Positions 58,701 through 64,000 of a stretch of DNA of 64,000 bases are shown here, piece after piece. The notes under the pieces are model-generated. The model was given only the letters and a program-made list of their open reading frames with translations. It ran no database searches and had not been told where the DNA came from. The first letter of the stretch is position 1; every line of letters begins with the position of its first letter. Source of the stretch: an uncultured Gammaproteobacteria bacterium. GTDB lineage: Bacteria; Patescibacteriota; Patescibacteriia; SG8-24; DYFX01. The stretch is from positions 3,777-67,776 of the forward strand of contig CAZHHN010000003.1 in assembly GCA_964532415.1 (NCBI GenBank). Direction: 5' to 3'. The position numbers and the translations under genes were made by a program.

Positions 58701-59252
58701 CGGAGCGATGTTGAAAGTGACGGCGGCGACCACGTCGACCTTCGCCAACGAGCCGCGCGGCTGGATGGCTGTGGGACGGAAGCTTCCGCCCGGTCCGCCT
58801 CCCAAGCCACCGCCGCCCGGTCCACCACCGCCGCCCGGTCCACCGGCTCCTCCACCCGTCGTGGCATTCAGCAGAGCGCTCAGGATGAAGGAGACGATCG
58901 CGAAGGATGTCAGAATGATGATGAGTCCGATGACCGCCGCCGTGATGGTCTGCTTGGCGCGCTCGATCTTTCTTTCTTCACCCGCCGCCGTCATCCAGAC
59001 GAAGCCGCCGTAGAGAATGAGCAGCAGGGCGATCGTACCGAGAACGCCAAGCGCGATCCGCACGATGCGGGCGATGGTGATGCGGACGTCGGTCGTGCCG
59101 GTGCCGATGGCGGTGCCGACTTGGCTCGGCAACAGCTCATTGGCGGTTACGCCCTGGGCATGGACGCCGTGCGCCGACGCCAACCACAGACAGGGCGCGA
59201 CGAGCGCCAGGGTGAGAAGCAGGAAGCGGTGGCGGCGGAAAAACATCCTCAT
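49713..59252 (-). CDS. giant (3179 aa) Cys-rich extracellular protein with VirB2/TrbC-pilin-like N-terminal hairpin anchor, IPT/TIG-like and Ig-like domains and many Myxococcus-type Cys-rich repeats
   Basis: Signal peptide ...ASAHGVHAQ. Then TANELLPSQVGTAIGTGTTDVRITIARIVRIALGVLGTIALLLILYGGFVWMTAAGEERKIERAKQTITAAVIGLIIILTSFAIVSFILSALL (TM1, basic loop, TM2) and a Gly-rich linker. CGNGxxExGEACDxG...C repeats throughout. ~8% Cys. Confidence 0.8.
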   Translation of the reverse strand: MRMFFRRHRFLLLTLALVAPCLWLASAHGVHAQGVTANELLPSQVGTAIGTGTTDVRITIARIVRIALGVLGTIALLLILYGGFVWMTAAGEERKIERAKQTITAAVIGLIIILTSFAIVSFILSALLNATTGGGAGGPGGGGGPGGGGLGGGPGGSFRPTAIQPRGSLAKVDVVAAVTFNIAPTDDAANIKANLLLEKVAGSARTPVDYDPVVQNATIRLQPVQTCPPPNDDRHCLEPNQDYQVTVRSGLKNASTTDPRTVNCGIGASCSQTFRTGATVDTAAPTVSLTAPSDGASVPAGSLVALQAVAGDKNGIASVEYSADGAFFAADGAAQPIAANTYSSQAVWDNAPVVPVKTVTLTARATNIDGDVASSAPVRVTVRPAACFNHVKDGDEVGVDCGGSCGACTGATCTNNADCSSGECQNGVCVEAPRIVDVQLRDGKPGNLVTVTGTHFGTNPGKVTFLGAAASGDEKDAALASCGGAWSDSRIVIVVPAGAATGPVQVTTSAGKKDATNDAFGPIVTDFQINDTARPGICGVSPVSVKTGQSLTVTGNAFGAAQGDSRVQFAHSAADCTQVQDWSSAADAPQVSPWGDTSLQPVVPNVETGADGAEYLMRVLVGGQPSNTACVRVEPPAAGTDPRIDFVTPTSGSVGTYLSVFGANFGAGGTVRFKNAAGEAIGDISFPAQCAAGYWTDASVTVKVPARFTTPANTAIQLGTYAVTVVRSDGRTSNAQSFAADTSPLAPGLCRVDPDNGPAGTAVSLYGEGFGDIASGDLPAFTAQHPDAVVFHDGKNAASIGQWRASGITATVPDAAVTGPVAIKTFSGPAPLSSNGVSFRVSDCRQNGGDAACGSGRACCGDGACRANCGGSVGAGGFAWQFSTGPIPVFPVVIENATCQLSPPTSMPSPNPYKGAQNVCTDTGAIAVRFSLAMDSSTFNAGSVKLEACGTGASASANCTAVAGTGAPTIVPYNPQDHSLMTLPVGSLQPNTWYRLTLRDQIKSLRVANLAAQPLDGNFDGRAGGDYVTTFKTGAGSCVLAGVHVDPAQGLISAADQQEPYQAFPLSDRCIILSCAGRIVDWNSSDMSKATVGTVPAGDNCQALASPVSETDPGPPVHIRVIVDGKNDQGDLTIDYANPRVTGYGPHDCTEACINAVAFASFNTPMSVSGADSLLANVKLYRCRNESCLAFDGEVPITPVYQPSSNLLTFGNPDLVPDTYYRAVIFGTARSTSQAPLTGLNYNDTAFSWTFRTRTSANPCGPQTVTVQPGQTTLRYIGQVASVSALPLSSPDKCAAGGQILNADSFNWSWARTQAPASPSAFHFLPDVPPGALLNTNPALPPGCSSSCLMTGSKPAGTPACGNGVLEHGEACDTPGLNGCNQNCQRTGNTVTNGCGDGTVQPDRGEECDAGPDNGKAVSGCTTACLFSRSTPGVSACGNGSVGVGEACDDGNTTDGDGCGSRCLLEGSGQNVYVCGNGRLELGEECEYQLGAGGLATRLLLPNHAPITFGPGDEQNPTKPGFACSPSCLLRGNHVSCASGSSCCGNGVIDYGKGEGCDAGSDNGQPGSGCSSACTKTGSDPALRAFCGDTVVTVKPMDPLNGVQNGGGEECEALTLDANIDATQVLEAQNQCDAKNSCTASVAAAVGPVSGQAGVSVECSCRTDADCAAFGAASGLSLSCGAGACCYPRPAPPDIQPKGGNECRNAQISVTFGEEMEPGSLQGGLIVEACGAVAVKSGPASWLARTGEFLRSLIGRRATAAGPCAPVEGNFTHLKDQMAGGARTTSVFTPRQAFDAKRKYRVTVKVGPGGVKSVKGVGYPAGPDFIQEFSTGNDICSFDTVQMNPAADLIQDSATPLTIVATPMTNRAGQLEPIAPLPGVYDWSWNWSTVPEATPPGSLLTLTASNTPSASVQANKGQNGTEQVLAIATITADTQFSPSTVGHQKTGRSDLTILLCERPWPERDTVTGAWAPYVDPSTHFEFFYCRDNDKAPLPELQALPVQGQSGPGGNLLRFCAATLDGSQPKACFTSADCRAGDGCLSKDLFFQFAPEEKLSDAIGVRVYANPERLAPADWFQAQHFSGSIQAATVDGYAAIKDERTVYVTAADKYGDPGLQSYVYVFAFNDKADARTAEIFNRLIKNVRFNTNLAASDQAVGVCKDGTGAVLMLAGKNALAACSSDLDCFHTFAAPPTGLHCDADKDKIRRDLHRWQDVRGIAQALETIHDSTGFYPKLESGTFVRGFSTSKWPSWSQQLGPAGMIVDPLNAFNRCDAFGSECSLSGKVCASDTDCNGSGDVCRTKFEAETCYDDRAGVFACPAASHVYQYRSLGGVDYRLSVDLEYTAYSWLGSSCAARTSEASCRTGIGCSWLPNGPVSGVCQTRVSVTPVCAGLFTDGTDKCLATGAACTDSAHCGVRDQCVPAGVPLVGPAASPACGNGLIESGETCEIGQEHNVACASGGQDGERCGSSCQWEVVQACPGAAACGNGALESYAGETCDDGSQTGQYGRCRSGSYGCVARCVNTTPRASFDGNCADGSCDLGPICSTNADCAGFGALSVCTDRMNFCGDGVKNGPELCDDGARNGEYGFCAWDCRGAGPRCGDNLVNGAEACDGDRQDAPGVCVPSGSTLADSATIAGATQSCAKNSDCGSGMTCALCAVATGGLPQTRIKGCFPATAPAGQACTFDAWSACKPSGACGNGKVEGSEECDNGTANSTTGACLTTCRKNVCNDGFLLPGVEQCDNGAADGVRCSPQYGLTCNYCKTDCSIETVSGAFCGDKTVQSPPESCDPGPVSSWCSRTYTNPNDSSHVKSCASNSDCLPGVCREYVGGVVTATPCHSSSDCTASQFCQGGEGQCLSYNIQCRPEPYSDTQGAPGSAHYFDGSCTSCSNACVGLTNKSPNYCGDKTVQPQFGEQCEVVGDPNATGPSGSGSYYGCSGDCSYDAASGYCGDGIMQGGTVEACDGSDYTADTGNGGAPSCTSMGWGTAGAVACAKSCTLYGGGCSDGPLSPGDVRIRIAWKNPPDTRDIDAHVKLPVYGSSQQIYYLNKGSATQDPHVWLSWDDTNAQLGDNSGRDGFPVPYGLEIMTINWRTDGAYWPSSAGDPYKFFVHQFSSGVSGMVGTKVTICTYDATKPNNADCGRTFTAGSNGNNAYWHVFDFYGGADAAPTIVNVNTFTPISP

Positions 59253-59253
59253 A

Positions 59254-61035
59254 TCACGGCTGGAGGAAACCGCAGGCGGTTTGCGACGGCAGGCCGTTGC
59301 AGCAGAACGGCTCGCTGCCGGTGCAGACGGCCTGACCGTTGGCCGGCGCGAAGCAGTTCTGGTGCAAATCGCGGAGCGCCGGCGTCAGGTCGGCGGCGTA
59401 GCCCTGATTGACGCTGAACAGATCGTGATTGAAGAACGCCTGGGTCTGGTCTGGCGTGCCGCCGGAGGTCGAGGAAACTTCCTGGCTGCTCACCGCGTAG
59501 TTGGTGGGTGCGCCCTGCGGACCGGGCAGCAGGCGCATAGCATCCGTCGTGATACTGGTCGCGCTCATCAGTTTCGAGAACGTCACCGACATCCGGGCAT
59601 CGCGCGGGATATCGCCCTGGAGAATGGCGGGATCCTGCGAAACGACCTTGGGCGGCGTGAGATCGATCTGGTTGCCGGTCGAAAACGCGAACCCGTAATC
59701 GTCGGCGGGGCCGCCTTGGGCAGTGCCGTTGCCGTTGCCGTCAAGCGAGTTGCCGGCCATGTCCGTCACGCCGTTGGCCGGAAAAACGCCGGCCGGCGGA
59801 GCGGTCGTGAGCGCATCGGCCCTGATCTTCACGGAGATGTCCTGATTGGCAGGCAGGCAATACACCTGTTCGCCGCAGGAATTGGTGCCGCAGACCTGAC
59901 TCGTGCGGAATTCGACCGTACGATAGGCGTTGCCGATCGTCTGCGTGCCCTGCACGACGTTGCCGCCGGTACGCGTCACCGAAAGGCCGGCATTCAGACT
60001 GACCGGATCGACCGGCTCGCTGAACGTCGCCTGGATGAGCGAATTGCGCGCCACGCCGTTGGCGCCGTCGGGGGGCTGCACCGATTCGACCGTCGGCGGC
60101 GTGACGTCGAGCTGCGTTGACACTTGGAATTCCCAAAGGTAGCCGGAGCTGAACGTGCCGGAAAACGCGGCGGCGCCGCCTTCTTTTTTAACGCCGCCCG
60201 ACCCTCCACGAAGCACCACGGTATAAAAGACGTTCTCCGACGGGCTTCCGAAACAGTCGGTCGGGCAGTTCTTCTGCAGGAAGACGAAGGTCTTTCCGTC
60301 GCCCGCCGGCGCGATGTCGATGGCGGCCGATGTCAGGCTCTGGGCGAATTTTTGCGGGAACTGATTGGAATTTCCGGCGATCTGCGAGGATTTCAGGATG
60401 GCGACGGACCCGTCGGGCCCCACCGCCAGCGAGGCCGGATCGATCTTCTCTTTGAAGGTGACGGCGATGCGGGTGTTGCGCGGGACGCCGGTGGCATTGC
60501 GGGCGGGATAATGGCTTTCGACGATGCCATTGCCGAGCGCGCCGGCCGGACAGGTGGCCGAGAGACCGATGCAGGCCTGATCGTCGCCGGCGCTGCCGCC
60601 GCCCGTTCCCGGCCCCCCGCCTTCGCTCGCGCCGAGCAGCCGGCTGATGATGAACGAGGTGATGCCGAAAGCCGCCAAGATGATCACCAAGCCGATGATG
60701 GCGCTCGCCAGCGTGCTTTTGGCGCGCCGGACTTTTTCCTCATCGCCGGCGGCCGTCATCCAGAGGAAACCGGCGTAGAGAACGAGGAGCAGCGCAATCG
60801 TGCCGAGGAGCCCGAACGCGATCCGCACGATGCGGGCGACGGTGATGCGGATGTCAGTCGTGCCGGTGCCGATCTCCGCGCCGAGCTGATCCGGCAGAAG
60901 TTCGTTGGTCGTCACCGCCTGGGCATGCGCCAGATGAACGAAGCCCAGGCACGCAAAAGCCGCCAGCACGAAACCCATGGCCGTGCAGGCGGCTTTTGCG
61001 AACCGTCGGGAACGTGGCGCTCTTCCTGAAAGCAT
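59254..61035 (-). CDS. 593-aa surface protein with the same VirB2/TrbC-pilin-like N-terminal anchor plus SbsA/Big_5-like Ig domains
   Basis: N-terminal ~135 aa ~70% identical to the giant protein N-terminus (TTNELLPDQLGAEIGTGTTDIRITVARIVRIAFGLLGTIALLLVLYAGFLWMTAAGDEEKVRRAKSTL...). Gly-rich linker. Repeated ...TPPTVESVQPPDGANGV... Ig-like units. Confidence 0.8.
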   Translation of the reverse strand: MLSGRAPRSRRFAKAACTAMGFVLAAFACLGFVHLAHAQAVTTNELLPDQLGAEIGTGTTDIRITVARIVRIAFGLLGTIALLLVLYAGFLWMTAAGDEEKVRRAKSTLASAIIGLVIILAAFGITSFIISRLLGASEGGGPGTGGGSAGDDQACIGLSATCPAGALGNGIVESHYPARNATGVPRNTRIAVTFKEKIDPASLAVGPDGSVAILKSSQIAGNSNQFPQKFAQSLTSAAIDIAPAGDGKTFVFLQKNCPTDCFGSPSENVFYTVVLRGGSGGVKKEGGAAAFSGTFSSGYLWEFQVSTQLDVTPPTVESVQPPDGANGVARNSLIQATFSEPVDPVSLNAGLSVTRTGGNVVQGTQTIGNAYRTVEFRTSQVCGTNSCGEQVYCLPANQDISVKIRADALTTAPPAGVFPANGVTDMAGNSLDGNGNGTAQGGPADDYGFAFSTGNQIDLTPPKVVSQDPAILQGDIPRDARMSVTFSKLMSATSITTDAMRLLPGPQGAPTNYAVSSQEVSSTSGGTPDQTQAFFNHDLFSVNQGYAADLTPALRDLHQNCFAPANGQAVCTGSEPFCCNGLPSQTACGFLQP

Positions 61036-61059
61036 GGGACAGGATGAGGTTTCTCCGAG

Positions 61060-61512
61060 CTAGGATTTTTGCAGGAACGTCTTGACCGCCTTGCCGACCG
61101 CTCCCCCGTCGGCTTTGCCTTTCAGCTCTTTCATCATCTCGCCCATCAGGCGTCCGTAGGCCGCTTCGCCGGACAGGCCCAGCGCGGCGGCCTTGACGGC
61201 GACGGCAGAATCGATTTCCATCTCCGACATCTGCACGGGCAGGAAGCGTGAGAGCAGCGCGACTTCGGAGGCGGTCTGGGTGGCGAGGTCCTGACGTCCG
61301 GCCTTCTCGAAGTCGGCCAGGGCGTCTTTCAGTTTCTTGACCTCGCGCCCGACGACTTCGAGCGTCCGTGCGTCGTCCATCTCTTCGCCGCGCCGCTCGA
61401 TCTCGGCGTTCTTGAGCGCCGCCCGGAGCATGCGCAGCGCGGAAATCGCCGGGGCGTCCTTGGCCTTCATCGCCTCCAGGTACGTGGATTCGATCTCGTT
61501 TCTGAGGGGCAT
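61060..61512 (-). CDS. yqeY: GatB/YqeY-domain protein
   Basis: N-terminal LRNEIESTYLEAMKAKD and C-terminal GatB_Yqey-like helical region. Confidence 0.75.
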   Translation of the reverse strand: MPLRNEIESTYLEAMKAKDAPAISALRMLRAALKNAEIERRGEEMDDARTLEVVGREVKKLKDALADFEKAGRQDLATQTASEVALLSRFLPVQMSEMEIDSAVAVKAAALGLSGEAAYGRLMGEMMKELKGKADGGAVGKAVKTFLQKS

Positions 61513-61541
61513 GGGAGATGCGGGCTTCCCCGCCACAAGAC

Positions 61542-61793
61542 TTATCCGCGCGGGCTCCTGCGCTTGCCGAACTCTTCTTCCTTCAACTTGCCGCTCTTGA
61601 GCAGGTATTCGCGGCGGGCGCTCAGGAACTGGCGGCGGAGCGCGGCGTCACGCTGGGCGTTCTTGTTCTTCTCGGCATGATGGAAACGGACTTTCTTCGC
61701 CTGAAGCACGCGTCCGCTCTGCTGGATGCGTCGGCTGAAGCGCCGGAGCAGGGCTTCGAAGCTTTCCCCTTTTTTGCGCTTGACTTCAACCAC
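61542..61793 (-). CDS. rpsU: 30S ribosomal protein S21
   Basis: MVEVKRKKGESFEALLRRFSRRIQQSG...; basic, 83 aa. Confidence 0.85.
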   Translation of the reverse strand: MVEVKRKKGESFEALLRRFSRRIQQSGRVLQAKKVRFHHAEKNKNAQRDAALRRQFLSARREYLLKSGKLKEEEFGKRRSPRG

Positions 61794-61968
61794 AACAGGT
61801 CACCTTCCTTTCTACTTAAAAATTTTGAGACGATGGTCTCATCGGCAGGATAGCAGGCCTTTCCGGCAGGGTCAACTGCCCCAGGGACCGTTTCGGAAGA
61901 TAGAGAAAAGCGCCGGACTGTCAGTGCGACAGGCGGCGCGGAGTGCTGGGGTGGGGGCGGTCGGGCGG

Positions 61969-63045
61969 TCAGCGGATCTTGAGCAGGTTCTCGGCGGTGC
62001 CGACGGTCACCGTCTGCCATGAAGCACCGTTCCAATGGAGGACGGCGCCTTCGGCGCCAACCGCCCAGACGGAACTGGACGAACGGACCGAGACGGCCGC
62101 CAGTCTGGCGCTGACCATCGAGGCCGGCATTGTTACAGGAGCCCAGGCGCTTCCGTTCCAATGCATGACTGCGGCGGTCGAGGTGGAGCCCGACTGGGAA
62201 TTGCCGACGATCCAGGCGTCTTCGCCGCCGCCGATCCCTGCGTAGGTGAACGGCGTCGAGACCGAGACCGACATCCATCCGCCCGCCATCCGCTGCAACA
62301 GCAGCGGTGACCGGTGGAAGCTGTCGTAGGCGATGGCCCAAGCGTGGGCCGATCCGCCGGTGAAGCCGGTCGTCGTGATGTTGTCCATGTGGAAGTCGCG
62401 GGTGACCGTGTTGCCGTCGAAACGCAGAATGCTGTTCTGCGCGCCGAAGTAGACTTCGGTGGACGAGCGTGCCCAGATCGAGGTGATGGAAAAGATCTCG
62501 TTCCGGGCGGCAGTCGCCTCGGTCCAAGCCGTGCCGTTCCAGTGGAACAGGCGCGCCTTGGCGCTGAGCCCGAGGCCGTCGTCGCCACCGACCCAGAAGT
62601 CGGAAGCGCTCGTCCCGCCGACCACCCAGAGATTGACGTCGGGGAAGGTCTGCATCATCGTCCAGTGGCCGTCTTTCCACTGCAGGACGGCCGACAACAC
62701 GCCGGTGCCGTCGAACGAGGGCGAAACGGCGAAGGCGCCGTCGCCGGCGGGGAAGACATCCCGTACTTGGGCGAAACTTCTGGTCGTGCCGGAGTCGACA
62801 ACCGGGAGACCCTCGGTCTCCGCGTGCCAGCTACCGTTCGGCGTCTGGTGATGCGTGAGATCGGTGCCGACGATCCAGAGCGAATCCGCGTTACCGGAAC
62901 CGGAGCCAGAACCAGATCCGCTACCCGATCCCGAACCCGACCCGGACCCGTCGTCATCGCCGCCGGGCGGCGACATGCTGCCACCCGAACAGGCAAGCAA
63001 CATGGACATGAAGGAAATACCGATGAAATGAGCGTGCGTGCGCAT
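61969..63045 (-). CDS. lipoprotein with (GS)n linker and WNG-repeat beta-propeller-like domain
   Basis: Start MRTHAHFIGISFMSMLLACSG (lipobox) with GAGGAG SD. GSGSGSGSGSGSGSGSG linker. Repeated LHWNGTAWT / MHWNGSAWAPV / LHWNGASWQTV blades. Confidence 0.6.
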   Translation of the reverse strand: MRTHAHFIGISFMSMLLACSGGSMSPPGGDDDGSGSGSGSGSGSGSGSGSGNADSLWIVGTDLTHHQTPNGSWHAETEGLPVVDSGTTRSFAQVRDVFPAGDGAFAVSPSFDGTGVLSAVLQWKDGHWTMMQTFPDVNLWVVGGTSASDFWVGGDDGLGLSAKARLFHWNGTAWTEATAARNEIFSITSIWARSSTEVYFGAQNSILRFDGNTVTRDFHMDNITTTGFTGGSAHAWAIAYDSFHRSPLLLQRMAGGWMSVSVSTPFTYAGIGGGEDAWIVGNSQSGSTSTAAVMHWNGSAWAPVTMPASMVSARLAAVSVRSSSSVWAVGAEGAVLHWNGASWQTVTVGTAENLLKIR

Positions 63046-63109
63046 TGCGATTCTCCTCGGAAGCTCCATGCCTTTCGGCGTGGAAGGTGGTGGAAGTTCA
63101 ACCTTTTGC

Positions 63110-63145
63110 CTCCTTATAATACACGAAAAGGGGTATTTTGTCAAG
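63110..63145 (-). promoter_or_regulatory. near-consensus sigma70-type promoter for the lipoprotein gene
   Basis: minus strand TTGACA (63144-63139), 17 nt, TATTAT (~63121-63116). Confidence 0.5.
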
Positions 63146-63156
63146 ACCCCCGCCCC

Positions 63157-63192
63157 TAAAACGAAACATCCGCCCCATGAAGGAGCGGATGT
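63157..63192 (-). terminator. intrinsic terminator after hisS
   Basis: minus strand AACATCCGCtccttcatggggGCGGATGTT followed by tcgtttta. Confidence 0.6.
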
Positions 63193-63199
63193 TCTTTAT

Positions 63200-64000
63200 T
63201 CAGCCGCGATGTTTCTTTTTCGGCTCCTCGGTCGGCGGTTCTTCCTCATTCTCCGCCGCCAAAGGCGGTTCGGCCAAGAGCGGATCATCTTCGGCCGGCG
63301 GGGCCGGCGCGGGCGGAGCGACCTTGGGCGGGGCCGGCTGGGAGAGTTTTTTGCGGAGTTCGGCCGCGCACTTCTTGAAGTCGACGATCTCCTGGATACC
63401 GGAGTCCATGTCGCGGATCAGGGCGGTGCCGTCGAGCACTTCCTTTTGGCCGAGGATGACGGTATAGCGCACGCCCAGCCGGTTGGCGATTTCGAGCTGT
63501 TGCTTAAGGGCGTCGCGCGAGAAACTTTCGGCCACGTGCACGCCGTCCTTGCGCAGGCTGTTGAAAAGCGCGAGCGTCTTGCGACGGGCCGGTTCGCCGA
63601 GCTGCGCGACGAAGACCTCGGCCGCGGGCAATTCCGGCACGACGACGCCTTTATCTTTGAGGCAGAGGATGATGCGCTCCACGCCCCAGGCGAAACCGAC
63701 GGCCGGCGTCGGCATGCCGCCCAGAATTTCGACCAAACCGTCGTAGCGGCCGCCGGCCGCCAGGGCGGAATGCTTGTCGGCTTCATCGGCTGGCACGATC
63801 TCAAAGACGGTGTGGCTGTAGTAATCCAGACCGCGCACCAGATGCGGCTGGAGCTGGTACGGCACCTCGAGTTCATCGAGATATTCCAGGACGCGGATGA
63901 AGTGGTTTTTCGATTCCTCGTTCAGGAAGTCGACGATCTGCGGCGCTTCGGCTTTGACGGCCTGGCAGCCTTCCTCTTTGCAGTCGAGGACGCGCAGCGG
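63200..64000 (-). CDS. hisS: histidyl-tRNA synthetase, C-terminal part (continues past window end)
   Basis: Reading frame runs to the window edge (PLRVLDCKEEGCQ... class II HisRS motifs, GGRYDGL, anticodon-binding domain). C-terminal Pro/Ala/Glu-rich ~50-aa extension. Confidence 0.85.
   Translation of the reverse strand, partial: PLRVLDCKEEGCQAVKAEAPQIVDFLNEESKNHFIRVLEYLDELEVPYQLQPHLVRGLDYYSHTVFEIVPADEADKHSALAAGGRYDGLVEILGGMPTPAVGFAWGVERIILCLKDKGVVVPELPAAEVFVAQLGEPARRKTLALFNSLRKDGVHVAESFSRDALKQQLEIANRLGVRYTVILGQKEVLDGTALIRDMDSGIQEIVDFKKCAAELRKKLSQPAPPKVAPPAPAPPAEDDPLLAEPPLAAENEEEPPTEEPKKKHRG

Noticed and set aside
1-64000. CRISPR array / cas genes / restriction-modification or other defence systems
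   Set aside because: No short regularly spaced repeats and no recognisable Cas, REase, MTase, abortive-infection or toxin-antitoxin signatures seen in any frame.

Overview
High-GC (roughly 60-68% by eye) bacterial chromosomal window from a monoderm-like organism. Sortases, FPxTG-sorted DUF11/prealbumin-fold surface proteins and an FtsA+FtsZ pair argue against Actinobacteria. The content is compatible with Patescibacteria/CPR-like or Chloroflexota-like lineages, but the lineage is not resolved. Almost all real genes lie on the minus strand and are tightly packed with ATGA/GTGA start-stop overlaps. High GC also generates many long spurious antisense ORFs.

Contents in order:
- 1-401: a 5'-truncated tmRNA.
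- 0.4-10.5 kb: a translationally coupled surface-protein/sortase operon, a giant CE4 polysaccharide deacetylase with three CBM-like modules, and an Ig-like secreted protein.
- 10.5-20.9 kb: a transglutaminase-like protein, unknown membrane proteins, an Rrf2-regulated sufB-sufD-sufS-sufU-sufC cluster with SufT/NUDIX/CxxC membrane protein, two small ORFs with near-identical terminator elements, and a 55-aa His-rich peptide gene.
- 21-25.8 kb: infC-rpmI-rplT, then two unknown two-gene modules.
- 25.8-29.1 kb: a 1104-aa LamG/TSP3/Cys-rich-repeat lipoprotein.
- 30.6-36.4 kb: a lower-GC copper-resistance cassette (cupredoxin-like, HMA-membrane protein, CopA, small Met/Cys-rich membrane protein) flanked by ~80-bp direct repeats, next to an APH-like kinase and tRNA-Asp.
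- 36.4-43.7 kb: ApbE plus FMN-binding lipoprotein, an orphan histidine kinase, pyk and htrA.
- 43.7-61 kb: a long co-oriented block nrdR-ftsZ-ftsA-dgkA-ybeY, three tandem TSP3-repeat membrane proteins, a 3179-aa Cys-rich giant protein and a 593-aa protein.
- 61-64 kb: yqeY, rpsU, a propeller lipoprotein and hisS (partial).

The best candidate for a novel system is the pair of giant proteins that share a conserved VirB2/TrbC-pilin-like N-terminal hairpin anchor.
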